A stretch of 64,000 nt of DNA from Phormidesmis sp. GTDB taxonomy: Bacteria; Cyanobacteriota; Cyanobacteriia; Leptolyngbyales; Leptolyngbyaceae. The notes under the pieces are model-generated. The model was not told the origin of the DNA. It saw nothing but the letters and a program-made list of their open reading frames with translations, and searched no databases. The first letter of the stretch is position 1. Every line of letters begins with the position of its first letter. Location: positions 736,001-800,000 of the forward strand of contig CBDFJR010000002.1 in NCBI GenBank assembly GCA_965248535.1, written 5' to 3'. The translations under genes were made by a program, and so were the position numbers. Below are positions 18,732-30,600 of the stretch, piece by piece.

Positions 18732-21700
18732 AACCTCGTGACGTAAACAAGCAAAAACTTCTGGTTGTCGATGACGAGCCTGATAACTTAGACCTCCTCT
18801 ACCGCACGTTTCATCGAGAGTTTAAAGTTCTGCGGGCAGAAAACGGCCCTGCAGCGCTTGAAATTCTCTCAAAAGAAGGCGACGTGGCGGTGATCATCTC
18901 CGACCAGCGAATGCCGATGATGAGCGGCACCGAGTTTCTCAGTCTGACCGCAACACAATATCCCGACATTATTCGGATCATTCTCACCGGGTACACCGAC
19001 GTTGAAGATCTTGTCGAAGCGATTAACGCGGGCAAAGTTTTCAAATACGTCACAAAACCGTGGGATGACGAAGAGCTAAAGCGCGTCGTGCGTCAGGCAG
19101 CCGACACCCACAATGTGCTCAAAGCGAGAACTCAAGAGCTACGGCGCACCCTGCGGCGCGAGTCGCTGCTGAACGCGGTCACCAACACAATTCGCAGTGC
19201 CCTGAGCTATCGGCAAATTTTGCAAACGATCGTCGAAACTGTCGGCAGCATGTTTGAGGTGAGTTGCGGCATTCTGCGACCCTTTCAAGACGGGCAATTA
19301 GACACGGAAGGATTTGTCTATTGGCAAACCCCAAAAATGGCTGAGTTCGGCGCTCAAGATCTGCTCTTTCAAACGATTTGGAAGACTCATCAAGTTGAGG
19401 TGATTCAAGACGCAGCGATCGATGAGCTGATTCAGTCTCAAGGCTTGCCGCGTCAGCAGGCTTATCAAGCGGCCGACATTCGATCAAGTCTGATTGTGCC
19501 GCTAATTTGTCAACAAGAATTAATGGCGGTGCTGGCGCTGCATCAGTGCGGTGAGTCTCGTCAGTGGCAGCAAGATGAAGTCGAACTGATTAGCATGGTG
19601 GCCGATCAGGCGGCGCTGGCGCTGTCTCAGTCCTATGCCTATGAGCAGGTTCGCGCTTTGGCAAAACGGGAAGCGTTGATTAACACCATTACTACCGCCA
19701 TTCGATCGAGCCTTGACCCGCAGGAAATTTTTGCCGCTATCACTCAGCAGTTAGGACAAGCCCTTCACGTCGATGGCTGTGCGCTATCTTTGTGGACGGA
19801 GAACGATGAATTTGTGCAACTGGTGGGCTTACACGATTCCAACTGGCAGCCTAGCGAGGCAGTCGCCCCAAAAATCAGCGGGTTATTGCCTTTAGAGCGA
19901 TCGCTGCCCCGATCGGAGTCTCCGATCGAGGGCAACCCAGTGCTCAAGCAATTGCTGGCTTCTCAGCAGCCCGTGGTGCTTGAAGACTTATCTCAACACC
20001 CAGACATGCAGAGTGGCGACACGACGGTTCACGTCCCGGCTCGTGCGCTGCTGGTGGTGCCCCTGATCTCAGATGGCAAAATTATCGGCAGCATTTCTCT
20101 GCGCCAAAATCATCAGATTCGCCTCTGGAAGACCTCAGAGATTCAACTCGCGCAGTCTGTCGCTGCCCAGGCCGCGATCGCCGTTCAACAATCTCGTCTC
20201 TACCAAAAAACTCGCCACCAGGCCGAGCAACTTTTGGAACTCGATCGTCAAAAAACTGAGTTTTTCCAAAATATTTCCCACGAGTTTAGAACGCCGCTGA
20301 CGCTGATGGTTGGGCCGCTAGAGTCGGCAACGGCGCAACAAGAGGGGTTGACTTATGAGGAAGCCGCGATCGCGCTGCGAAACTCTCGGCGATTGCTGCG
20401 GCTGGTCAATCAGATTCTCGACCTGCAACGGCTCGATGCTGGACGGATGCAGCCTAGTTTTCGCCCTTGCAATCTCGAAGGGGTGATCAGCCAAGTGGTT
20501 GATTCCTTCCGTCCCTACTGCGAGAAAAAGGGGCTGACCTTGCTGACTCAACTCAGTTCCTGCCCTCTGACTTATTTGGATCTAGAAAAATTTGACAAGG
20601 TTCTCTACAACCTGTTGTCTAATGCGATGAAGTTTACGGCAGCAGGCAAGCAAATCACGATCGTGGCCCGGTCAGAAGGCGACCACTGTCTGCTGCAAGT
20701 TATTGATACCGGAATCGGCATTCTGCCTGACCAAATTCCCTATTTATTTGAGCGCTTTAGGCAGGCTGAGGGGTCAGCTAATCGCAGCTATGAAGGCACC
20801 GGGTTAGGACTCTCCCTCGTCAAAGAACTTGTCGAACTGCACAAAGGGCAAATCACCGTCGAGTCAGTTTATGGCGAAGGCACAACTTTTAGCATCTGGC
20901 TGCAAAGCGGTAGAGCGCATCTACCGTTAGAACAGGTGACTGAAGATCAGGCAGAACTGCAATCAAGCCGTGCGGCAGTTGAGCTAGCAGGTTTAGAAAT
21001 ATCCCTTCAAGAAGATTCAGACTCTGCAAATCTGACGGCTGGTTTAGAAGACTCAATTCAAAATTCAAAATTCAAAATTCAGGAGTCTGACGCATCTCCG
21101 ATTCTCGTGGTGGATGATAATGCTGACCTGCGATCGTATGTGTCGGGCATTTTGCGAAAGCAGGGCTATCAAGTCTGGACTGCCCGCAATGGGGCTGAAG
21201 GCTTTCAGGTGGCGCAAAATCGTCGCCCTCATTTGATCGTGACTGATTTGATGATGCCGATCGTGTCAGGGCTTGACCTGATCCAAATGATTCGTCAAGA
21301 TGAGGATCTCAAGGGCATTCCGGTAGTTTTGCTGACGGCCAAAGCCGATGAAGAGACTCGCATCGAAGGGGCTGAACTGGGGGCCGATGCCTATTTGTCA
21401 AAGCCGTTTAACGATCGTGAGCTTTTGGCAGAAGTGCGGAATCTGCTGGCGCTCAAAGCCAATGAGCAGCGAGTGGCGCAACTCAACACCTATTTAACCG
21501 AGTCGGTGCTGAAGCGATTTTTGCCGCCCGCTCTGGTGCAACGAGCCGCCAAAGGTGAACTGCTGCTCGATCTCCGCCCAGAACCTCGGATGATCACGGT
21601 TTTATTTAGCGATATTGTCGGGTTTACTCAGCTTTCTAACACCTTGCGATCGCGCCGCGTCGCGGAGTTGCTCAACGAATATCTGGCCAGCATGACCCGC

Positions 21701-22165
21701 GCTGTGTTTGAGAACGGCGGCACGGTGGACAAGTTTATGGGCGATGCGATTTTGGCCATCTTTGGGGCACCCGAAGAATTGACTCCCAATGAGCAAGTCA
21801 GACGGGCGATCGCGGCTGCCCGTCAGATGTATCGATCGCTGGATGAACTAAACGATCGCTGGCAGGCTCAAGGCATTAGTCGGGTGCAGTTTCGCTGCGG
21901 CATTCATCAAGGAACGGCCGTCGTGGGGATGTTTGGCGGCGAAGAACGAGCTGACTACACGGCGATCGGCCCCAGTGTGAATATTGCCTCTCGCATTCAG
22001 GCGGCCGCAGAGCCAAACTGCATTCTCGTGTCTGCGGCGGTTGCTGACTATCTCGACGAAGATGTGATTACCAAAGTCAGCCCGCTAGAACTCAAAGGCG
22101 TAGATGAGACAGTCTTGACGTTTTCAGTCAATCCTTATTTAGAGGTGCCTTGCAAGCGACCATAG
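18728..22165 (+). CDS. cyaC: Hybrid histidine kinase-adenylate cyclase (REC-GAF-GAF-HisKA-HATPase-REC-class III cyclase)
   Basis: VVDDE, IISDQRMP, ISHEFRTPL, NLLSNAMKF, GTGLGL, TDLMMP, FSDIVGFT, DKFMGDA, DYTAIGPSVNIASR; matches the CyaC domain order. Confidence 0.95.
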   Translation: MKPRDVNKQKLLVVDDEPDNLDLLYRTFHREFKVLRAENGPAALEILSKEGDVAVIISDQRMPMMSGTEFLSLTATQYPDIIRIILTGYTDVEDLVEAINAGKVFKYVTKPWDDEELKRVVRQAADTHNVLKARTQELRRTLRRESLLNAVTNTIRSALSYRQILQTIVETVGSMFEVSCGILRPFQDGQLDTEGFVYWQTPKMAEFGAQDLLFQTIWKTHQVEVIQDAAIDELIQSQGLPRQQAYQAADIRSSLIVPLICQQELMAVLALHQCGESRQWQQDEVELISMVADQAALALSQSYAYEQVRALAKREALINTITTAIRSSLDPQEIFAAITQQLGQALHVDGCALSLWTENDEFVQLVGLHDSNWQPSEAVAPKISGLLPLERSLPRSESPIEGNPVLKQLLASQQPVVLEDLSQHPDMQSGDTTVHVPARALLVVPLISDGKIIGSISLRQNHQIRLWKTSEIQLAQSVAAQAAIAVQQSRLYQKTRHQAEQLLELDRQKTEFFQNISHEFRTPLTLMVGPLESATAQQEGLTYEEAAIALRNSRRLLRLVNQILDLQRLDAGRMQPSFRPCNLEGVISQVVDSFRPYCEKKGLTLLTQLSSCPLTYLDLEKFDKVLYNLLSNAMKFTAAGKQITIVARSEGDHCLLQVIDTGIGILPDQIPYLFERFRQAEGSANRSYEGTGLGLSLVKELVELHKGQITVESVYGEGTTFSIWLQSGRAHLPLEQVTEDQAELQSSRAAVELAGLEISLQEDSDSANLTAGLEDSIQNSKFKIQESDASPILVVDDNADLRSYVSGILRKQGYQVWTARNGAEGFQVAQNRRPHLIVTDLMMPIVSGLDLIQMIRQDEDLKGIPVVLLTAKADEETRIEGAELGADAYLSKPFNDRELLAEVRNLLALKANEQRVAQLNTYLTESVLKRFLPPALVQRAAKGELLLDLRPEPRMITVLFSDIVGFTQLSNTLRSRRVAELLNEYLASMTRAVFENGGTVDKFMGDAILAIFGAPEELTPNEQVRRAIAAARQMYRSLDELNDRWQAQGISRVQFRCGIHQGTAVVGMFGGEERADYTAIGPSVNIASRIQAAAEPNCILVSAAVADYLDEDVITKVSPLELKGVDETVLTFSVNPYLEVPCKRP
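21055..21082 (+). repeat. Heptamer tandem repeat (AATTCAA x4) inside the cyaC linker
   Basis: aattcaa aattcaa aattcaa aattcag, encoding (S)IQNSKFKIQ(E). Confidence 0.9.
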
Positions 22166-22274
22166 TTTGGGGATCGCCAGCAACCTGACCCTGTTTCTCA
22201 AATCGTTACGACCCTTCAGAAATGTCAACCAGCGACTAAGATGAGGTTGACGCTAAGTTTCTAAGTGGTGGACG

Positions 22275-23351
22275 ATGAACCCGGCGACTGATTTTCGGTC
22301 TGGGAGCGATCGGCGACACAGCGATCCCCCCAATCTCTGGCTTGCGGTGTTGGCAGGCTCACTGATAGTGCATTTGTTGCTGTTGCTGTCAGGACGCTTG
22401 TTTTTAGTTCGCACCCCTAATCAAAAATCTGCGGGGGTAGCGGCCCCGATCGAGCTAGTCGATATTCCTGCAAAGTCTTCTAGTCAAGCGACGCAAACCA
22501 CTCGGTCAGCCGCTCCTAAGGTGATCACAGAGTCTACAGCTTCTCAAGGTGCCGTCAGTTCTGAAACGACCTCTCAAAGCAGTGCGCCGATTCAGCCTGC
22601 GGTCATCCCCAAAACCACCCAAAATCCGGTGCGATCGGCTCCCCAAACGCCTCAGGCACCGCCCAAGCCCGATCCTATAAAACAACCTGCGCCTAAACCC
22701 ATTCGTGAGCAGAAGCCAAACCCTCAGGCTACAGTTACGCCTAGTCCCCTAGCTTCGTCTCAACCCAGCCCCTCGCCGATCGCTACACCTAGTCCCCTAG
22801 CTTCGTCTCAGCCCAATCCCTCTCAGCCTGCGACTCCTGACCCTTCGGAGTCGGAAAAACCCCCGGTTTCGTCAGGGAATCCTCTATCAAAACCGTCGGT
22901 TCCGGGTGGGGCAGGGTCTGACTCAAGCGCACCAAATTCTAAGCCTCAAGCGCCTGATCAGCCCTTGGGATCTGTTGCAGTAGGTGAGCAACGAGGCAGC
23001 GGTAGCGGCGTGCAAGTGGCTTTGTCAAATCCTCAGTTAGGAGATGATAGCAGAACGGTGCCTGATCAGCCTGCTCGACCGACGGCGTTGAGGCAGTCAA
23101 TGCCTGAGGCGAACTATCCATCAGCGATCGGGCTAAATTTTGGGCAGAGTGTTCGCCTGAGGGTGTTGGTGAAAAACACGGGTAAGCTCGACCCATTGGC
23201 GATCACGGTGTTAGAAGGCAGTCGCTCGATCGAGTATGACAATCTAGCGATCGAGTTAGTCAAGCAGTGGGCATTTGATCCGGCGCTGCAAGCTGGGAAG
23301 CCCGTTAACTCGCTTCTAGATATTTCTGTGCGGCTAGATGCTCTGCGGTAG
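22275..23351 (+). CDS. TonB family protein
   Basis: TM with SLIVH, PIELV, Pro-rich linker with duplicated TPSPLASSQP, C-terminal YP...VRLRVLV...YDNLAIELVKQWAFDPA...GKPV. Confidence 0.82.
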   Translation: MNPATDFRSGSDRRHSDPPNLWLAVLAGSLIVHLLLLLSGRLFLVRTPNQKSAGVAAPIELVDIPAKSSSQATQTTRSAAPKVITESTASQGAVSSETTSQSSAPIQPAVIPKTTQNPVRSAPQTPQAPPKPDPIKQPAPKPIREQKPNPQATVTPSPLASSQPSPSPIATPSPLASSQPNPSQPATPDPSESEKPPVSSGNPLSKPSVPGGAGSDSSAPNSKPQAPDQPLGSVAVGEQRGSGSGVQVALSNPQLGDDSRTVPDQPARPTALRQSMPEANYPSAIGLNFGQSVRLRVLVKNTGKLDPLAITVLEGSRSIEYDNLAIELVKQWAFDPALQAGKPVNSLLDISVRLDALR

Positions 23352-23442
23352 GGCACATTGACCTCTAGAAATTTGTGGGCAAACGGTGCAAAGATTGTGT
23401 TATTGTTAAGAGCGCTTGAACCAAGTCAAGCTATCTAGAAAT

Positions 23443-23513
23443 GCGGGTGTAGTTTAGTGGTAAAACCTTAGCCTTCCAAGCTAATGATGCGAGTTCGATT
23501 CTCGCCACCCGCT
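23443..23513 (+). tRNA. tRNA-Gly(TCC)
   Basis: GCGGGTG/CACCCGC acceptor stem, TTAGC-CTTCCAA-GCTAA anticodon arm, GTTCGATTC T-loop. Confidence 0.96.
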
Positions 23514-23722
23514 TTTTATATTTTTTAAGCCTATGTGTTTAAATTCTCTGCTGTGAACAATGTGATGAGTTGAGGAATTGCAATCTCAATCACAGGTTTT
23601 CTATAAGTCGTTAATTTTTTGTTTAAAGCACTGCTCAAGAATGATTAGAGCCAATGTTATCACTGTTAATGCGTTTAGTATAAATAATCTCTATCGCTAG
23701 CAATCAATAACTGACTAAAAAT

Positions 23723-24136
23723 TCATTCTAAAACTGGTTTTCTTAGAGACTTGATCTCTCCTCGCTTGGTTTTACGATCGAGCCGTCGTTTTTGAGAACC
23801 TCGACTGGGTTTAGTTGGTCTGCGAAGGCGGGGCACCACCACGGACTGTCTAATTAACGCTTGCAGTCGGCTTAACGCTTCCTCGCGGTTTTGCTCTTGG
23901 CTGCGGTGTTCTTGGGCTTTGATCACAATGACCCCATCTTGAGTAATGCGGTGATCGCTCAGGTTGAGCAGCGCTTGCTTATAGCGATCGGGCAGCGAAG
24001 ACTCCTGAATATCAAACCGTAAGTGAATCGCAGTAGAAACCTTATTGACGTTTTGACCGCCTGCACCCTGCGATCGGATTGCGGTCATCTCAATCTCGCT
24101 GAAAGGAATGGTGACGTGATTAGAAATTTGTAGCAT
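23723..24136 (-). CDS. arfB: Alternative ribosome rescue peptidyl-tRNA hydrolase
   Basis: RSQGAGGQNVNKV, RSQEQNREEAL and basic tail RRPTKPSRGSQKRRL. Confidence 0.95.
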   Translation of the reverse strand: MLQISNHVTIPFSEIEMTAIRSQGAGGQNVNKVSTAIHLRFDIQESSLPDRYKQALLNLSDHRITQDGVIVIKAQEHRSQEQNREEALSRLQALIRQSVVVPRLRRPTKPSRGSQKRRLDRKTKRGEIKSLRKPVLE

Positions 24137-24686
24137 ATCTTAATCATACAAAAAAGGAAACCGAACTCTAAATAGATGGCTGCGGGTTAGCGTTGATACT
24201 TTGCTGCATGGTTTCCTTCATAAATATCTAGAGTAAGCGGCTTGAGTCACTCCAGCGCTTATGTAAAAAAACTTATAATTTTGACAAAGGGTAATGCAGT
24301 AGGCTAGCTTTGTTAAGTGTTTTTCCGGTATGCAATTAGACTTTAAGCAAGATGAGTTAACTTCTTGAAGCTTAGATGCCTCCCAACGCTCCGACAACTT
24401 CCCTGCCCGACGCTTGAGTTTCTTTGATAAAGCAGTCTTAGTTTCTGTCAAAGTCACTATTTAAGTGTGTGCTTCGTGCTCTTCTATACAAGAGAGTGAA
24501 AGTAGCCGATCGGGTAATAGTTTCGCTGGTTTAGGTCGAGTTAATTTAACCGTTAATCACCCATTAGGCATCGCCTCGTCTTGCTTTGAGATAAGGCGAA
24601 CGTAGTCCGATGGCTTATTTTGTTGCCTCTAACGCCCCCTAGAGGTGGTTTCGTTGCCCGTGCTCTTCGCGTAAGGATAGAGAATC

Positions 24687-27600
24687 ATGGAATCCGCTCA
24701 ACTGAATTCTGACTTGTCACGATCGCCCCTACAACCCGCTTTTCCAACTCTTCAGTCAGATCTTGAACGTGCGGTTGGAAGCATCGGAGCAAATAAGGGG
24801 GCACCTCAGTCGCAGGAAACCCCCTTATTGGTCAGTCAGATTGCAGCGACTCCGGCGAGTGTCCAGCTTTTTGATTTAACCAGCAATACGGTGACATTCA
24901 CGGGCAGCAACGCCGCAAATGAACTGTACTTAAAGATTGATACCAGTCAACTTTTAGAGTTCAGTATTGATGGAAAAAATTTCTCCAAGCTCGAAGGACT
25001 GCATCTGTCAGCCTCCACAAAAATCACGGTTGATCTGGGTGCAGGCAATGATTCTCTGTTCTTAGATGCTTCTCTAACCAATGCCCTCAAGGGTTTGGGC
25101 GGTAAGCTGATCTTTGCAGGCGGCGATGGAAATGACACCCTGTTTGGGTCGAGTGCAGACACAGTTTGGAACATTACAGGCAACAATGCTGGGAATATTG
25201 ACAACGCGATCGAGTTCAGCGGCGTTGAAAATCTCACAGGGGCAGCCAACAACAAAGACACGTTTGTATTAGCTCCAGGAGGCAGCTTAAGCGGTTTAGT
25301 CGATGGTGGAGCCGGGGGGTTTGATAGCTTTGTAGCGCAGGGAGGCCAATACAATTCGCTGACCCTTGTCTGGACGGGTTCTGATTCAGGAAAGATTGTC
25401 CTTGATAATAACTCGATTCGCTATGCCGGGCTTGAGCCTATCAACATCAGTCCGGGAAGCACGCTACAAAATGTCACGATCGATCTAAGTCTTCTCGATG
25501 TGCAGAGCGTTGATCAAAGTGGAACTTCGGTTCTGTTTCCGTCGGTCGATCGGGCCATTCTTGAGGCAGACACGGCGGGCAAACTCAGGTTTTCAGGAAC
25601 GCACACCGTTTCAAATCTGATTGTCGATCAACCGTTTGAAGCCGCAATCTTCAACAATCCTAGCCAATCTCTAACGATTAAACTTGGGTTTGGGAATGAC
25701 CAACTCGATATTAAATCTCTAGATCCGGCTTTTGCTGCGGCTCTCAATATTCAAGGCGGCGATGGCAACGACACGGTGAACCTCACAGGCACCATCAATT
25801 TTGCTGCCCCCCTCACAATTGATGGCGAGAAGGGGAACGATACCGTCAATATTACGGGCAGTGTCACCCTACCCGGTCAAACTGCCAACATCACAGCGGA
25901 AACCATCAAGCTCGGCGGCACTCTGTCAACAAGTGCCACGACGAAGGCAGGCGATATTAAACTCAATGGCTATAACATCACCTTAGATGCGGGTGCCCAG
26001 CTTTTGGCAAAGGGCGCAACTGCCGGAAAAATTGATATTTCAGCGATCGACACCACCGCAATCTTTACACCTTTAATCAATTACGATAGCTCTAGCGTTG
26101 ACTTTACGATTAATAGCGGGGCCAAGATTGAGGGCGGAGATGTCACGATTCTAGCGACTGCTAATAGTCAACACATTCTCGACTCACAAACCATTGTTGA
26201 ACAAGGCCTCGACACCGTTGCCAAAGTCATTGAAGGACTGACCCAAATCGGTGCGGGTGCCTCGATTGCTAAGGCAACGGCCCATATCAACATCAATGCG
26301 GGTTCACAGATTAGTGCTAACAATTTCATTGCCTACGCCAGCACGATCGCTTATGCTTCGACGGCACCGATTACCTTCATGGTTGGCCCAGCGTTAGGCA
26401 TTGCGATCACTGACTCGACTGTTACAGTCGCGGGGACGGTGACTGCAACTGGAGATGCCACGATTCGATCGACCGCCGATCACACCTTGGATGTCGTATC
26501 TGACACGAGTGGACTTGCCGGAATTGCAGGTTCAATAGCGGTGAGCGTCGTCGATTCTAAAGCGATCGCTAACGTGACTGACCAAGCGAACTTAACGATC
26601 GGGGGCAATCTCTTTGTTCAGGGAGATACGGTCGATCGCAATCGCACCCTAGCCCGCTCAACGGCTGGCAAAGATGGCAACGTCGGTGTCGCGATTTCAG
26701 TCAACGTCGAGAACGGTGAAACTAGTGCTTTCTTAGATGGCACCGCTGCTGTAGCGGGCAATATTGTCGTCAATGCTACTCAGAAAAAAGAGTCACTTCC
26801 GGTCAAAAAACTCTTTATCTTGCCAGCGTTTGGCGACGGCATCTCCGCTAGCGCCGGGGTTGGCAGCAATTCAAAGGGCGACTTTTTAGACGACCAAAAA
26901 GCGGCGGCGATTTCTAAAGTCATCACTCCAATCAAAAACTATGCGACCAAGAAGTGGACTGAGTTTCGCAACAAGACCCCAGAGACGGCAGGCAACACCA
27001 ATGACCCCGGCATCGATGTAGCGGCAGCTTTTGCGATCGTGGTAGACAACAACACTGCAACCGCCCGCATTGGCGATGGCAACCCAACCGATCATGGGGG
27101 CAAAAAAGCTATTGTCACGGCTGACGGCACCATTAGCGTCACCGCCAAGATTGAGAATGTCCCCAACATTTCCGCCAGTTCCGCCGCTAAAAAGAACCCA
27201 GAGGCGACAGCCGAGAGCGGTGCCAATAAATTTGCAGGGTCGCTAGCGGTAGCGATCGGGGTTTATAACAATAATGCCCAAGCCTACATCAACTCTGATG
27301 CCGAAGTGGATGCCAAGAAAGCGCTCACTGTTCAAGCGCAGGCGCTCAATGACTATCAGCTAAAGTTTGGTGTCAATTTAGTCAGTCCTTTCTTGCAGCA
27401 GGCGACTTTTAGCACCGATGATGGCGCAAAACTGGTCAAAAATGGTGACATTGTTGAAGTGCGGGGCGGCCACGTTGGCAATGGCGACACAGGCACCTGG
27501 TATAAATACATCGGCGCGGTTCCTCAGAGGACGATCGACCTCAAAAATGAAGACTTTAGCAGCACAAACAACTGGGAAAGTCTCGGAAATGCGGTGGCCT

Positions 27601-30600
27601 ATATTAGTAAAAACTTTGTCGGCAATCTAACGGGTTATTTGAACAGTAACCTTGGCACTAAGAGCCTCGCTAACTCTTGGAGTCAAGCCACTGCTGAGGG
27701 CGATAAGCTATCCGTGGCGGGCGCTGTGACATTTTTAGATCTCCAGCACACTGCTGAAGCAACTATTAAAAATGGGGCCCGGATCAATCAAAATCGCACG
27801 GACTATTACACGGCTGGCACTCAAGCAGTGGTGGTTGACGCTAAAAGCATCAATGAAGGCGTTCATCTAGGCGGCAACCTCAAGCTACCGGGCATTAAGG
27901 GCGATATCACAGACTTCAAGTTCGATCCGCAGACTTCTTTTGCCCTCGGCTCAACAACAGCAGACGGAAAAGGAGGAAGCGGCGTTGGGTTCACCTTCTT
28001 GATGACTAGCTACAGCAACACGGTGACGGCGAAGATCGAAAACGGAGTTCGGCTCAAGGCAGACAGCCTCACGGTGAATGCAGAAACCTTGGGCATGAGC
28101 ATCACCGTCGGGGCATCAGGCGGAGAGTCTGATAACATCGCCTTTAATGGTGCGTTCTTGGTCAACCTCACGAACAATAAGACTCGCGCTCAAATTGACC
28201 AAGGCGCAATCATTAATGTGGGTGCTCTTGCCCTAACTAATCCCAATGCCCAAGGCAGTTCTGTGTGGGTCAACGCAACAGACACCACCTATGTGATTGA
28301 TGTTGCGGGCGGCGTTGCGCTCTCTGATCACGTTGGCATTGGTGCCACAGCCGCCATTAATATTATCAATCGTCAGACAGAGGCTGTGATTGGCAGCCAG
28401 GTTGGCGATAACTCTTTGGGGGTGCGTGGCTCGTTTACGGCGGGGGGCGCTGTTCTCGTCAATGCTAAAAATGATGGCTTTGTGGGTGCCTTTGCGGTGT
28501 CAGGGTCAAAAACCTCCAGCAATTCGGCAACCGCTCCCCAAGGGGCAACAGGGCTAAGAAAAAGTGATGGCAGCGGCTCGGTGGATGACCCTGGTAAGTT
28601 GCCCAACAACCAGAAGAACTTTGATTCTGTGATTGCAGAACTGAAGAACAATCCTAAGTTTCAGCAAGCCGCCAACGATACAAACGCGGTGGGTGCTAAC
28701 AAAGGCAAGGCAGGAATTTCGATTTCTGGTGCAGTTGCCCTGAATATTCTGGATGACAACGCTCGTGCCTATGTTCGGAACAGTGGCATTCTAACCGTCA
28801 ACGCTGGATCACTCGTTCTCTCTTCTGCCAACACTACTTCAGTCGGATCGCTGGCAGGTGCGGTAGCGATCGCGCTAGGCAACGGCAAAAATACGGCGGC
28901 TGGAATTGCTGGAGCAGTAGGTCTTAACTTTGTCACGGGCACCACAGATGCGTTTGTAGACGGTGCCACCTCCCTGAACACAAAGGGATTGACCCTAGAT
29001 GCGAAGCGGGCAGGCTATATCGTCTCACTGACCGCAGGTGTAGCAGGGGCAACGGGTAAAACGGGCATCGCCATTGGTGGCTCAGTCGGGGTAACGCGAA
29101 CTACCAACACGACTGAAACGGGACTGCGGAACACAACGGGTGTGGTCAGCGGTGCGGTTAGCCTGAATGCCAGTGACGACACAAATATCATTCTGGTTGC
29201 GGGTTCTGGAGCTTTTGGCGGCAAGGCAGGGGTTGGGGCGGCGGTTTCGTTTAGCAGTATTGAGAACAATGTCTTCTCAACCGTTTCAGGAGTGGCTAAC
29301 TTTAAACACACGGGCAACTTTGATGTCAAGGCGACTGCGGATGGGGACATCATTGCTGTGACGGGGGGAGCGGCGGTGTCTACAGGAGGCGGTGGAGATG
29401 GCGGGTTTGGGGCAGCCGGGACGCTTTCGGTTAACCTGATCAGCAGCACCGTTGAAGCCAAGATTCTCAATAGCACCACAACGATCGACTCGACGGGCAA
29501 TTTGACGCTGCTGGCAAAAGATAATTCTGCGATCTTTTCCTTTGCGGGTGCTTTTGGCGCAGGTAAAACGGCTGGAATCGGGGCGGCTCTGGCGCTAAAC
29601 TTCCTCAACAACAAAACCCGCGCCGTGATTGAAGCTTCGACGTTAAGAACAACGGGTGCCTTGAGCGCGATCGCGACCGAGACTGGCAAGGTGGTCACGG
29701 TTTCAGTCGGCGGTGCCGGGGCAGATAAATTTGCGGTGGCGGGGGGCATTGCCGTCAACAAATTGACCAACACGATCGAGGCTCGCGTTTCAGCAGGCAG
29801 TGACATTTTGGTAGGGGGCGCTGTTCTCTTGTCTGCCAAAGATGATGAGACCAGTGTGGCGATCGCTGGAGGCGGAGCAGGGTCTGGAAAAGCTGCCTTG
29901 GGCGCAAGTGTAGGTGCCAACCTGATCGAAAACACGACTATTGCTCAGATTGATGACGCTAAACTGATTTCCACAGGCTCCACGCTGGATGTGCTGGCTC
30001 AGGCAGATCAAGTTCTAGTAAGTGTGGGCATCGGCGGTGCGGGAGCCGGAAACTACGCTTTGGGCGGTTCGATTTCGGTGAATGAGATCAAAAATACCGT
30101 GCAGGCTTCTATCTCAGACAACAATGGGGCAGCCGGAGTTGCCACAACTGTTAGCGCAGCAGGGAATGTTAACCTGCGCGCCAGCGATAACTCGACCCTA
30201 GTTGTGGTAGCGGGGGCCGGGGCTGGAGCTGGTACGGCGGCAGTAGGGGCAGCGATCGCCACCGCCCAAGTGCAAAACACAGTCAAAGCGTTTATTGACG
30301 GCTCAAAGGTGACTTCAACCAATGGCGGCATCAATGTGCTGGCTGGGTTTGAACCACCACAAACGGCGGCTGATCTGACCGCGATCGGCATCGGCACTAG
30401 CGATGTGCCCTTACCGAAAACCAATGGTAAGCAGATTGTCAATGTCACCGTCGGTGGGGCGGGGGCGCAGACCTTTGCGGCGGGGGCAGCCATCTCGCTG
30501 AATTGGATTCGCAACGATGTAGAGGTTTACATCCGCAACGCAGACGTTAACGCGAACAGTGACGTGACGGTTGCGGCTAGCGATAACCCTGAAATTGACA

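Noticed and set aside
23514..24686. Genomic island integrated at tRNA-Gly, and ORF 24218-24457
   Set aside because: No integrase or duplicated tRNA 3' end seen; arfB follows the tRNA; the short ORF has no recognisable features
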